Below are positions 19,136 through 27,496 of a stretch of 50,827 bases of DNA, piece after piece. Under the pieces are notes generated by a model, which saw nothing but the letters and a program-made list of their open reading frames with translations, did not search any database and was not told where the DNA came from. Numbering within the stretch: the first letter of the stretch is position 1; each line of letters begins with the position of its first letter. The position numbers and the translations under genes are program-made. Origin of the DNA: Gemmatimonadales bacterium (GTDB taxonomy: Bacteria > Gemmatimonadota > Gemmatimonadetes > Gemmatimonadales > GWC2-71-9); assembly GCA_035495075.1 (NCBI GenBank), contig DATJGL010000136.1:1-50827 (forward strand), read 5' to 3'.

Positions 19136-19420
19136 CTAGTGGCTAATCGCTTTCTCGTCCTTCCGCTCGGCCAGCAGCCGCTCCGCAAAATCGAGCCGGT
19201 TCTCGAGCTCGGTGACCCGGGTCTCGAGCTGATCGACCAGTTCGAGCCGAGCCCGGACGTTCTCGTCCAGCTCGGGAGCCCGATCGGGCGGCATGTGGTG
19301 CCGGGGAGGTGGCCAGCCGTACCATTGGTAGTGCGCCCGCCTTCCCCAACGCCACGGCCGCCAGAAGAGAAGGGCGAGGATGAGGAGGGGAATCCACCAG
19401 CCTCCATGTACCGAAATCAT
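19136..19420 (-). CDS. Small single-pass membrane protein with C-terminal coiled coil (PspB-like architecture)
   Basis: MISVHGGWWIPLLILALLFW TM helix followed by the LELVDQLETRVTELENRLDFAERLL heptad region. ATGA overlap with the padR stop. Confidence 0.5.
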   Translation of the reverse strand: MISVHGGWWIPLLILALLFWRPWRWGRRAHYQWYGWPPPRHHMPPDRAPELDENVRARLELVDQLETRVTELENRLDFAERLLAERKDEKAISH

Positions 19421-20028
19421 GATGCGTTGCTCCTCTCGGGCCCTCCCGCGGTGGAAGGCTGGTCCCATTCACGCTCGATCTCTTCGATCGTGCGCCGGAG
19501 AATTTCGACGACGCGTTGAAGCGACGGGTGGTCGGGGCCACGTCGCCACGCCCGCTTGTAGGTCACCGCCGCGAGTCGTGCGAACGCTGCGTTCAGCTCG
19601 CCCATGTGCCCGCCTGCCACGTCACGCAGCGTATCGCGCACTCGGTCGATAATGTCGTCGATGACGTCCCGGTTCTCGTCCAGGAAACGCTCGCCTTCGG
19701 CTGTTATGTGGTAGACCTTGCGACCCTCAGTCTCGACTGCGCGGACGTAGCCCTGATCTTCCAGCAGCTGCAGTGTGGGGTACACCGTGCCGGCGGAGGG
19801 GGTGTAGTGGCCGCCCATCCGCTCTTCCAGATCCTTGATGATCTCGTACCCGTGCCGGGGCTTTTCGCGGAGCAACCGGAGGATGACGAACTTGACCTCT
19901 CCGGCCTCGAACATGGGCCCTCGGTGGCGTCTGCGTTGGCCTCTCTGACCCCACTGGAATCCAAAGCCGCCGGGGCCGAAGCCCGCGAACAGATCGCCTA
20001 AACCCCAGTCATCTCGACAATTATGCAA
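19417..20028 (-). CDS. PadR family transcriptional regulator with Gly/Arg-rich N-terminal extension
   Basis: KFVILRLLREKPRHGYEIIKDLEERMGGHYTPSAGTVYPTLQLLEDQGYV winged helix. TTG start at 20028 is preceded by GAGG 5 nt upstream. Confidence 0.8.
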   Translation of the reverse strand: MHNCRDDWGLGDLFAGFGPGGFGFQWGQRGQRRRHRGPMFEAGEVKFVILRLLREKPRHGYEIIKDLEERMGGHYTPSAGTVYPTLQLLEDQGYVRAVETEGRKVYHITAEGERFLDENRDVIDDIIDRVRDTLRDVAGGHMGELNAAFARLAAVTYKRAWRRGPDHPSLQRVVEILRRTIEEIEREWDQPSTAGGPERSNAS

Positions 20029-20067
20029 TTGACACCTCGCTGACCGTGTTCGTCATAACGTGCGATA

Positions 20068-20097
20068 TATCGTACGACTTAGCGTACGATACGTCAA
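20068..20097 (-). promoter_or_regulatory. Candidate padR promoter with embedded palindromic operator
   Basis: On the minus strand: TTGACG (20097-20092), 17-nt spacer, TACGAT (20074-20069). A perfect inverted repeat TATCGTACG-N6-CGTACGATA (20068-20076 / 20083-20091) covers the spacer and the -10 element. Confidence 0.45.
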
Positions 20098-20186
20098 GCG
20101 GCGCAGCGAGGTTTCGGATGGCGGTCCGGGCGGGTCCAGCCCATAATTGGGGTCGCCCCTCACCGACCCTCCCTCAACCAAGCCCC

Positions 20187-21533
20187 ATGTCCACTCTGCT
20201 CCTGACGTTGGCGTCCCTGGCCCTTCCTCAAGTACCTCAGCAGGGCGCCGCTTCGGCCCTGCCCGTCGACTCGACCCCAGTCGTGGCATTCGAGTCAGTG
20301 AGCGTCGTGCCGATGGATCGAGAGCGAATTCTAGATGGTCAGACGGTCGTGGTACGCGACGGCAAGATCGCCGAGATTGGGCCGAGCAATCAGGTGCAGG
20401 TGCCGGAGGGTGCCGTGCGGGTGAACGGCCGGGGAAAGTATTTGATGCCGGGCATCGCCGAAATGCATGCCCATGTTCCTGCGGGCGATGACCCGCTCCT
20501 CGAGACGTACATGGCGCTCTACGTCCTCACCGGGGCAACTACCGTTCGCGCGATGCTGGGCACGCCCGACCAGCTCGAGTATCGCAAGCTGATCGCCTCC
20601 GGCCAGATGCTCGGTCCGACGCTATTCGCGGTCGGGCCGCCATTCACCGGCAGCAACACGAAGAAGCCCGAGGACGGCGAGGCCAAGGTTCGCGAGTATC
20701 ACTCGGCCGGTTTCGACGTGCTCAAGATCCTTCCCGGGCTCAAGCGGGAGACCTACGATGCCATCCTGAAGACAGCCCACGAGCTCAACATGCCCATCTC
20801 GGGCCACGTGCCTACGTCCGTGGGTGTGCGGCACGCCATCGAGTCAGGGCAGTCCATCGAGCATCTGGACGGTTACCTGGAGGACATGGGGAGTGATCGC
20901 CGGAAGATGGCAGAGTTGGTTCAGCTGACGACAGCGGCGGGGATCTGGAATTGCCCCACGATGGACGTCTGGAAGACGGTGCTCGGCCTGCGCGACCCGG
21001 ACGAGCTGCTTCGTGAGCGGCCCGAAGTGCAGTACCTGCCTCGACAGTTGGTTGATCAATGGACCCAGCGCGTCGCCGGCCTGCGCCATAAGGGCCCCGT
21101 CAGGTTCGCGCTCGAGGGCCTGGGTATGAGCCGGTCACCCGAAACCGCCGCCCCGCTGCGCGACTCACTGCTCAAGGCACTCTCCGACGGCGGGGCGAGG
21201 CTGCTGCTTGGATCGGACTCTCCCCAAGTCTTCAGCGTGCCCGGGTTTTCGTTGGCTCACGAAATGGACGCTATGGTAGCCGCCGGCCTGTCGACCTGGA
21301 CCGTCCTCTCGGCGGCGACCCGAAACCCGGCTGAGTTCTTTGGCCGATCGGCAGAGTTCGGTACCGTGGAGGTCGGCAAGCGCGCGGACCTCCTTCTGGT
21401 GGATGGCAACCCGCTGGACGACATTCGAAACGTTCACCGCCAATCAGGGGTGATGCTGAGAGGCCGTTGGCTACCCGCGGAGGAGATCAACCGGCAACTG
21501 GCCCAGATTGCGGCGCGATGGAAGGCCCAATGA
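20187..21533 (+). CDS. Secreted metal-dependent amidohydrolase family protein
   Basis: Signal peptide MSTLLLTLASLALP. HxH metal motif GIAEMHAHVP. C-terminal GKRADLLLVDGNPLDDI typical of the amidohydrolase superfamily. Confidence 0.75.
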   Translation: MSTLLLTLASLALPQVPQQGAASALPVDSTPVVAFESVSVVPMDRERILDGQTVVVRDGKIAEIGPSNQVQVPEGAVRVNGRGKYLMPGIAEMHAHVPAGDDPLLETYMALYVLTGATTVRAMLGTPDQLEYRKLIASGQMLGPTLFAVGPPFTGSNTKKPEDGEAKVREYHSAGFDVLKILPGLKRETYDAILKTAHELNMPISGHVPTSVGVRHAIESGQSIEHLDGYLEDMGSDRRKMAELVQLTTAAGIWNCPTMDVWKTVLGLRDPDELLRERPEVQYLPRQLVDQWTQRVAGLRHKGPVRFALEGLGMSRSPETAAPLRDSLLKALSDGGARLLLGSDSPQVFSVPGFSLAHEMDAMVAAGLSTWTVLSAATRNPAEFFGRSAEFGTVEVGKRADLLLVDGNPLDDIRNVHRQSGVMLRGRWLPAEEINRQLAQIAARWKAQ

Positions 21534-21546
21534 CGGGGGAGCGCAG

Positions 21547-21804
21547 ATGAATCGCGAGCGGCTAAAACAACTCCTGGAGCAGCTGCACGCGGAGCTCGCG
21601 GGTACCGATGCGGTCGATCCCGGGCTTCGTGAACGGCTGCGGGGCATCCAGCGCGACGTGGGCGAAGCCCTTTCCCGGGAGAGTCCCCCGTCTACGCTGC
21701 GCGACCGGCTGGAAGACGAGGTCGCGCAGTTCGAGGCGTCGCATCCAACGGTAGCTCGCCGGATGGCAGAGGTAATCGACACTTTAGCGTTGTACGGGCT
21801 CTAA
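21547..21804 (+). CDS. DUF4404 family protein
   Basis: MNRERLKQLLEQLHAELAG...FEASHPTVARRMAEVIDTLALYGL matches the DUF4404 pattern. GGGGGAG Shine-Dalgarno upstream. Confidence 0.65.
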   Translation: MNRERLKQLLEQLHAELAGTDAVDPGLRERLRGIQRDVGEALSRESPPSTLRDRLEDEVAQFEASHPTVARRMAEVIDTLALYGL

Positions 21805-22753
21805 ACGACAAGGCGGTTTGCGAGCCTGTGAGAGCCCGAACGTTCGGTCGCTTGCTGGCTCGGTGCCTCTGGACTTTCTCGCCGCGCGGCTGACCATGGT
21901 ACCAACCTCGGCGGGCGGGAGCGGGGCGGCGGTCGCATCGCCTCACAGGAGACCAGTGCCGTTCCTGCTACGAAGGTGAGTGCCGCGCGTAGGGTCGACA
22001 TTGGTTCTCCCCTTGGCAAACCGGTCGATCGGCGGCGGTCGCCGCTGGCTCGAACCAGGGATTCGCGCCGCAAGCTGGGGCCAGCCTCACTCCGACCTCA
22101 CGCTTCCCTCACTTTCGGGTCAACCGCGTCAAAAGCATGCCTCCACAAGAGGTTGGTGCTGACATGCACAGCCGGAACGACGTTTAGAATGGGCGCCTTG
22201 TTGGGCTAAAGGGGCGGGCCTACTTCGCTGAGTCGGAATTGGGGCGGTGAAGCGGACGAACGGCGAGACTTCGAGGCAGCTAGGGATTCGTCATGACGGC
22301 TTCCGGGTGGTCCGAGTGCTCGCGCAATACCTTGCATGGTCCGCGGCACCGCCGCATCAGCGCTGCTGCAGCGGCTCTGCGACCTCTCAGCACCGCCAGC
22401 CCGGACCTCTTGCCCACCCCCGCCGACTACGGGTGGACCGTTGCCGTTGCCGGGTTTGGCCGAGACAGCCTGCTGACTCCCGGGCGTCATCGTTGGCGCC
22501 TTGCAAGCATTTCAGACCGAACGGGTTAGTTCCTCCGGTTGCGCTTGATCTCAAGTTGATTTTCCTCCCTGATTCCGAGAGAAGCCGGTGGTAGCTCCAT
22601 TGGGGAAGCCGGCACGCCGTGGTTCCAGTGATGCGGTTGACCTCTCAACACCACCGGCCCCGGCATTGCAACCACCGGTTGCTTCCGTCAAGTTGACGCG
22701 GCATTACCAGCAGTCCGGCTGCCGGGCCGGAACGTCAGCACCGCCACGAGGCC

Positions 22754-24496
22754 ATGACCGATAACCAGCCCCAGACGCCCCTGGGCACCACCCCTCTTCC
22801 CGTGTCGGATCGGGAGGAGGTCGAGGCACTTCGCGCGGCGACGCTGGGCCACTACGACGTGCTCGGCGAACTGGGTCGCGGGGGCATGGCGACGGTCTAC
22901 CTCGCGCACGACATCGCACTCGACCGCAAAGTCGCCATCAAGGTGATGTCGCCCGTGCTGAGCCTGGGCGACGGCGTCGAGCGTTTCAAGCGCGAGGCCA
23001 GGACCTCCGCCTCGCTCAGTCACCCGAACATCATTCCGATCTACGCCGTCCGTCACACCGAGCGGTTGCTCTACTTCGTGATGAAGTACGTCGAGGGCCG
23101 CTCGCTCGATTCGATCATCGCCGAGCTGGGCCAACTCCCCGTGCCGATGGTGCAAGCCATCCTGGGGCAGGCCGCGAGCGCCTTCGGCTATGCCCACCGT
23201 CGCGGGGTGGTTCACCGCGACATCAAGCCCGGCAATATCCTGATCGACGAAGAGGGCTGGGCCGTCATCACCGACTTCGGAATCGCGAAGGTGGCGCAGG
23301 CGCCGCAGCTCACCAGCACCGGGCTCTCGGTGGGAACTCCCACCTACATGAGCCCGGAGCAGGTCGAGGGCAAAGGTGTCACCGGCGCGTCGGATCAGTA
23401 TTCGCTCGGCGTCGTCGCCTACGAAATGCTGACTGGGCGGCCGCCGTTCATCGGTGGCGGCATGATGGCGACGATGTTCGCGCACGTGCACCAGGATGCC
23501 GATCCGCTCGAGCAGCTGCGTCCCGATTGCCCCGAGGGTCTTCGGAATGCTGTGATGCGGATGCTCGCGAAGGACGTCGGCGACCGCTGGCCTTCCATAG
23601 AAGACATCATCGCGGTCATTGGGTCACCGTCGCTCAAGCCGGACGACCCAACCCGCAGCCAGCTGATCGCGATCGCCAAGACCGGAACCCGTGGCGGCAT
23701 CAACGTCGCCACGCCCAAGAGCCCGATTCCCATGGTCCGGACGCCGAGCCCCATCAGGGTCTCGGCCACCAGCGCCGATGCCGGCATGGCCCCCGCCTCT
23801 CGAGAAGTCGGTACGACCGACGCCCCCGTTCTGCCACGCCCCTCGTCCATCGTGTCCATGGTCCTCGCAGCGGGCGGCATTCTCGTTGGAGTTGGGTCCC
23901 TCATCGTGGCTCTGAGAGGTCGCTCGCCTGCGCCAGATCGGGCTCCGGAGACCGGTGCCTCGACGGTCAGCGCTCATGCGGCTGTGCCGTCGGCACCGGC
24001 CAGCGTTCCCGCGGCGCCGGCAGCGCCCACGGCCGCCCCCGCGAGCGCCACAAATCCATCTGAGCGGGGAACCTCGGAGTCCGCCGCCAAGACGTCCGAG
24101 CCGACCCCGCCCGCCTCAGCAACCCCGGCGCCGACCGATGCTGCGACCCCGTCGTCCGCTGACCGGGACGCAGTCGAGGCAGCAATCCGGTCCTACGCGT
24201 CCGCCCTCGATTCAGGCAGCGTCGTTGCTGCTAAGCGCGTGTTTCCGGCGATGCCGGATTCGCAGCAGGCCGCTCTCGAAGGCTTCTTCTCAGGAGGGGG
24301 CCGGATCACGACGCTCTGGCGGGTAGCCGACGTTCAGGTCGCGGAAGATCGGGCCAGCGCCCGCATCCGCGGCGCGAGCCGCCTGGAGCCGGTGGACAGC
24401 ACCCCGGCCGTACGGCCGGTGAACCTCCGCGCGGTGCTCGAAAAGACACCGGATGGTTGGCAGCTGCGTAGCCTGGGAGGCTCCGGCGCTCCCTGA
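22754..24496 (+). CDS. Ser/Thr protein kinase with one TM helix, Ala/Pro-rich linker and NTF2/SnoaL-like extracytoplasmic domain
   Basis: Hanks motifs VAIKV, HRDIKPGNIL, DFG, GTPTYMSPE. TM helix IVSMVLAAGGILVGVGSLIVAL. C-terminal AIRSYASALDSGSVVAAKRVFP...W.. NTF2-like fold. Confidence 0.85.
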   Translation: MTDNQPQTPLGTTPLPVSDREEVEALRAATLGHYDVLGELGRGGMATVYLAHDIALDRKVAIKVMSPVLSLGDGVERFKREARTSASLSHPNIIPIYAVRHTERLLYFVMKYVEGRSLDSIIAELGQLPVPMVQAILGQAASAFGYAHRRGVVHRDIKPGNILIDEEGWAVITDFGIAKVAQAPQLTSTGLSVGTPTYMSPEQVEGKGVTGASDQYSLGVVAYEMLTGRPPFIGGGMMATMFAHVHQDADPLEQLRPDCPEGLRNAVMRMLAKDVGDRWPSIEDIIAVIGSPSLKPDDPTRSQLIAIAKTGTRGGINVATPKSPIPMVRTPSPIRVSATSADAGMAPASREVGTTDAPVLPRPSSIVSMVLAAGGILVGVGSLIVALRGRSPAPDRAPETGASTVSAHAAVPSAPASVPAAPAAPTAAPASATNPSERGTSESAAKTSEPTPPASATPAPTDAATPSSADRDAVEAAIRSYASALDSGSVVAAKRVFPAMPDSQQAALEGFFSGGGRITTLWRVADVQVAEDRASARIRGASRLEPVDSTPAVRPVNLRAVLEKTPDGWQLRSLGGSGAP

Positions 24497-24564
24497 CAAA
24501 ACCGCCGCGGCTCCGGGCCCGTAGGGGGTACCGTTCCCCGACCGCCTCAGCTCCGGAGAATTCG

Positions 24565-25089
24565 ATGACTGACCTCCGCTATCCCATCGGGAAGTTCCAC
24601 GCTCCCGCCAGTGTCACCGACGCAGAACGCGCAGCACTCGTAGACCAGATCGCGGCGCTACCCGGCGATCTCCGCGCGGCCGTAGCCGGCCTTGACGACG
24701 CCCAGCTCGATACGCCATACCGCGAGGGCGGCTGGACCGTCCGGCAGGTGGTGCATCACGTGCCGGACAGCCACGTGAACGCGTACACCCGGCTCAAGCT
24801 CGCGCTCACGGAAGACGTCCCGACCATCAAGACCTACGAGGAAGCCGAGTGGGCCGAGCTGCCCGAGGCGAGGTCAGCGCCTATTGGGGTTTCGCTGGCC
24901 CTGCTCGATGCCTTACATGAACGGTGGGTGCTGTTGTTACGGGTCCTTGCGCCTACCCAATTCGCCCGGTCGTTCCGGCATCCTGAGCTGGGTCTCATGA
25001 CGATAGACCAGCAGATTGCCATGTACGCCTGGCATGGCCGGCATCACTTGGCGCACATTACATCGCTGAGCACGCGGATGGGCTGGTAA
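24565..25089 (+). CDS. DinB/YfiT-family metal-dependent thiol-transferase-like protein
   Basis: YPIGKF..P, HHVPDSHVNAY and WHGRHHLAHI His-triad motifs of the YfiT/BstA-type DinB fold. GGAGAA Shine-Dalgarno. Confidence 0.8.
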   Translation: MTDLRYPIGKFHAPASVTDAERAALVDQIAALPGDLRAAVAGLDDAQLDTPYREGGWTVRQVVHHVPDSHVNAYTRLKLALTEDVPTIKTYEEAEWAELPEARSAPIGVSLALLDALHERWVLLLRVLAPTQFARSFRHPELGLMTIDQQIAMYAWHGRHHLAHITSLSTRMGW

Positions 25090-25108
25090 CCCTCTCGCCG
25101 AGCCTTCG

Positions 25109-25705
25109 ATGATCACACTCACCGGTCTCGTCGTCGCCGCCGGGCTGTTCCTTCCCGGCGGAACACTTCCTGAACGCGCCCCCCAGGACACGGGGCAGTC
25201 TGTCACCCGCGATGGCGTCACGCTTCCACGTCACGTGGAAGCTGGCGGGCGAGACCTTGTGCTGAACGGCACCGCCACCCGGAAGAAGTTCATCGTGAAG
25301 GTGTATGTCGCGGGGCTATACCTACCCGCCCGCGAGACCGACGCGGAGAAAATCCTCGCGGCGGACGAGCCGCGCCACATCGTCTTGCAGTTCGTCCACG
25401 ACGTGGACAAAGGCAAGATGTGCAACGCCTGGAACGAAGCCCTGGAGAACAACACCCCGGACTCGTCGCCCGAGCTCAAGGGGCAGTTCGAGACGCTTTG
25501 CAGCTACATGGAAGACATCAAGAAGGGAGAGCAGTTTGTCTTCAGCTATCTGCCCGGCGAGGGGACGCGGGTGGACGTGAAGGGCGTAACCAAGGGGACG
25601 ATCCCGGGAAAGCCGTTCGCCGATGGCCTCTTCAAAGCCTGGATCGGCCCCAAGCCGGGCCCCGGCGAAGGCTTCAAGAAGCAGCTGCTCGGCCAGGGCT
25701 CCTAG
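25109..25705 (+). CDS. Chalcone isomerase-like family protein, secreted
   Basis: Signal peptide. KFIVKVYVAGLYLP and FKAWIG motifs typical of the Chalcone_3 family. Confidence 0.7.
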   Translation: MITLTGLVVAAGLFLPGGTLPERAPQDTGQSVTRDGVTLPRHVEAGGRDLVLNGTATRKKFIVKVYVAGLYLPARETDAEKILAADEPRHIVLQFVHDVDKGKMCNAWNEALENNTPDSSPELKGQFETLCSYMEDIKKGEQFVFSYLPGEGTRVDVKGVTKGTIPGKPFADGLFKAWIGPKPGPGEGFKKQLLGQGS

Positions 25706-26667
25706 CGCCGCCGGCGCAGCACCACGTCCTCGCTTCGGGTTCTTGGTCCGACCACCAGCACCAGCAGCCGCGATTCGTATCCGTCCGCCGACACCCGCAC
25801 GTATTGCGTGCGGCAATTGTCTACCAGGGCCATGTCGAAGCGGAACTGATACTGGCCCTGGTCGTCGGTGAATGAGGTGTAGGGCGTGCCCAGCATGACG
25901 AGGTGGGCGCCCGCCAGAGGGCGCCCGTTATCGCTGCGGAAGATGCGACCCACCGCAACGCCCATCTGAGGGGGCCCCGCCGATTCCACCGGCGCGACCG
26001 GCTTGGGGACGCACTTGTCCGGCCGATCGGGCAGGAAGGCCTCGAGAGGCCGCACGTCTCGGGGCCCGGCCCCCGCCGGAGGTCCGGTCTTCCGGCGGCC
26101 GAAGATCCGTTGTGCCTCCGCTTCCATCATTCGCTCGGCGATGTCGGCTGGCGGTGCGGCGGACCGGTCGGCCTCGTTCGCGGCCGTGGGCCCTGCCTGC
26201 TTATCCGTAGACTCGTTCGTGCCGGTGGAGCGTTTTTCCTCCGGGGGGGCATTCGGCTCGGGCTCCGGGATCGGTTGCTTCACCTGCGGAGGCGGCGCGA
26301 CCTCGACCGGTGGTGGCGGCGGAGTTGCCGCTTTGGGTGGAGGCGGCGGCGGCCGTTGTGGTGGCGGAGGAGGCGGCGGCTTCGGTCTCGGCTGAGGGGG
26401 CGGCAGGTAGAACGGCATCACATGCTCGCGCGCCGCCGCCCGCTGGTCCGCGTCCTGTTGGTCTCGATCCTCCTGCCCGCGACGTGCCAGCAGGATGGCG
26501 AGGATGATCAGTGCGGTATGTACGACCACACTGTCGGCCAGCCAAAGCCACGGGTGGCGGCGCCGGCCTGGAAGGAACATCGGTCGGCGGGGACCACGCG
26601 GCTTCCGCACTGGCTGATACGGCAGCCGGCGGGAGTGGGTCCGAGGAAACAGCGGTCCGATGGCCAA
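25702..26667 (-). CDS. Membrane-anchored polyproline-rich protein with C-terminal carboxypeptidase-regulatory-like domain
   Basis: One TM helix (VVVHTALIILAILLA). Pro runs (KPPPPPPPQRPPPPPPK). C-terminal GRIFRSDNGRPLAGAHLVMLGTPYTSFTDDQGQYQF beta-sandwich motif. Confidence 0.6.
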   Translation of the reverse strand: MAIGPLFPRTHSRRLPYQPVRKPRGPRRPMFLPGRRRHPWLWLADSVVVHTALIILAILLARRGQEDRDQQDADQRAAAREHVMPFYLPPPQPRPKPPPPPPPQRPPPPPPKAATPPPPPVEVAPPPQVKQPIPEPEPNAPPEEKRSTGTNESTDKQAGPTAANEADRSAAPPADIAERMMEAEAQRIFGRRKTGPPAGAGPRDVRPLEAFLPDRPDKCVPKPVAPVESAGPPQMGVAVGRIFRSDNGRPLAGAHLVMLGTPYTSFTDDQGQYQFRFDMALVDNCRTQYVRVSADGYESRLLVLVVGPRTRSEDVVLRRRR

Positions 26668-26673
26668 CGCGAG

Positions 26674-27486
26674 CTACCGTCGCTCGGCTTCCCGCGGCAC
26701 CAGCGCGATGGCACGAAGCGGGCCACCTGATCCACCCTCGATCTTCATCGGCAAGGCAATCAGCAGCGCGCCGGTCGGCGGAAGCGAGTCCAGACTACGC
26801 AGGTTCTCGAAGCCCACCACATTGTGCGCCGCGGCCAGGCGGTGCACCTGGAAGTCCTTCGACTGCCCATAGTCAATCGAGGCGACGTCCACCCCGATCG
26901 CCGTGACCTTCCGATCTTCGATGAGCAAGCGAGCCGCGTCCGCCCCGAAGCTGGGGAAGTGAAGCTTGGATGCATCCCCGGGCGTGTCATCTCCCAGATA
27001 CTCCTTGCGGTTCGGCCACCGGCGGTCCCAGCCTGTCCTGATCAGAACCGCCGAGCCGGCGGGAATCCGGCCATGGCGCTGCTCGAAGGCAGTTACGTCC
27101 GCCGGTGTGAGCCGGTAGTCCACGTCGCGCGCCGACTGGGCGGAGATGTCGATGACCACGGCCGGGAGTACCAGTTGCGTGAGCGGCACCCGATCCGCCG
27201 TGAGCCCCGATTGGGAGAAATGGACCGGCGCATCCAGATGGGTACCGCCGTGTTCCGGGGCTGCGAAGGCGTTCGCGCTGTAGAACCAGCCGCCGGGCAC
27301 GGGTCCATAGGCCAGCTTCTTGAGCTCGAAGCCCGATGCTGAAGTGGGCCAGTAAATCGTCTGTGCGTTGAGCGGGTGGGTGAGATCGATCATTTGCACT
27401 TTGCGCAGGTCCACTACCTGTGCGTCGAGGCGGCGACCAATCAAGAGCCCGCTGGCAGCGAGCCATGCCGCGACGATGATTCGCAC
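26674..27486 (-). CDS. Cyclase family protein (kynurenine formamidase-like)
   Basis: Signal peptide. HGGTHLDAPVHF zinc-binding motif of the putative cyclase/arylformamidase family. Confidence 0.8.
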   Translation of the reverse strand: MRIIVAAWLAASGLLIGRRLDAQVVDLRKVQMIDLTHPLNAQTIYWPTSASGFELKKLAYGPVPGGWFYSANAFAAPEHGGTHLDAPVHFSQSGLTADRVPLTQLVLPAVVIDISAQSARDVDYRLTPADVTAFEQRHGRIPAGSAVLIRTGWDRRWPNRKEYLGDDTPGDASKLHFPSFGADAARLLIEDRKVTAIGVDVASIDYGQSKDFQVHRLAAAHNVVGFENLRSLDSLPPTGALLIALPMKIEGGSGGPLRAIALVPREAERR

Positions 27487-27496
27487 CCTGGCCTCC

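Noticed and set aside
21812-21880. RNase P RNA-like strings on the minus strand (GAGAAAGTCC, resembling the P4 GAGGAAAGTCC motif, and GCAAACCGCC)
   Set aside because: If these marked the 5' part of RNase P RNA, the rest of the molecule would have to run through the well-supported DUF4404 CDS. I could not find the other conserved regions (for example ACAGAA..CGGCUUA). I treat this as a chance similarity, though an Infernal scan would settle it.
22041-22075. tRNA T-arm-like sequence (GGTTCGAGCC on the minus strand)
   Set aside because: The flanking bases do not form a 5-bp T-stem, and no acceptor, D or anticodon arms can be built around it.
22211-22300. tmRNA-like 5' end (GGGGCGG...CTTCGAGG)
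   Set aside because: The spacing from GGGG to the TTCGA element is wrong. No complementary 3' acceptor arm or T-loop followed by CCA is present. No plausible tag reading frame ending in (A/V)AA-stop is visible on either strand.
26240-26420. Possible tandem repeat or CRISPR-like array in the GGC/GGT-rich block
   Set aside because: There is no regular repeat-spacer periodicity. The block is in frame within a CDS and simply encodes polyproline.
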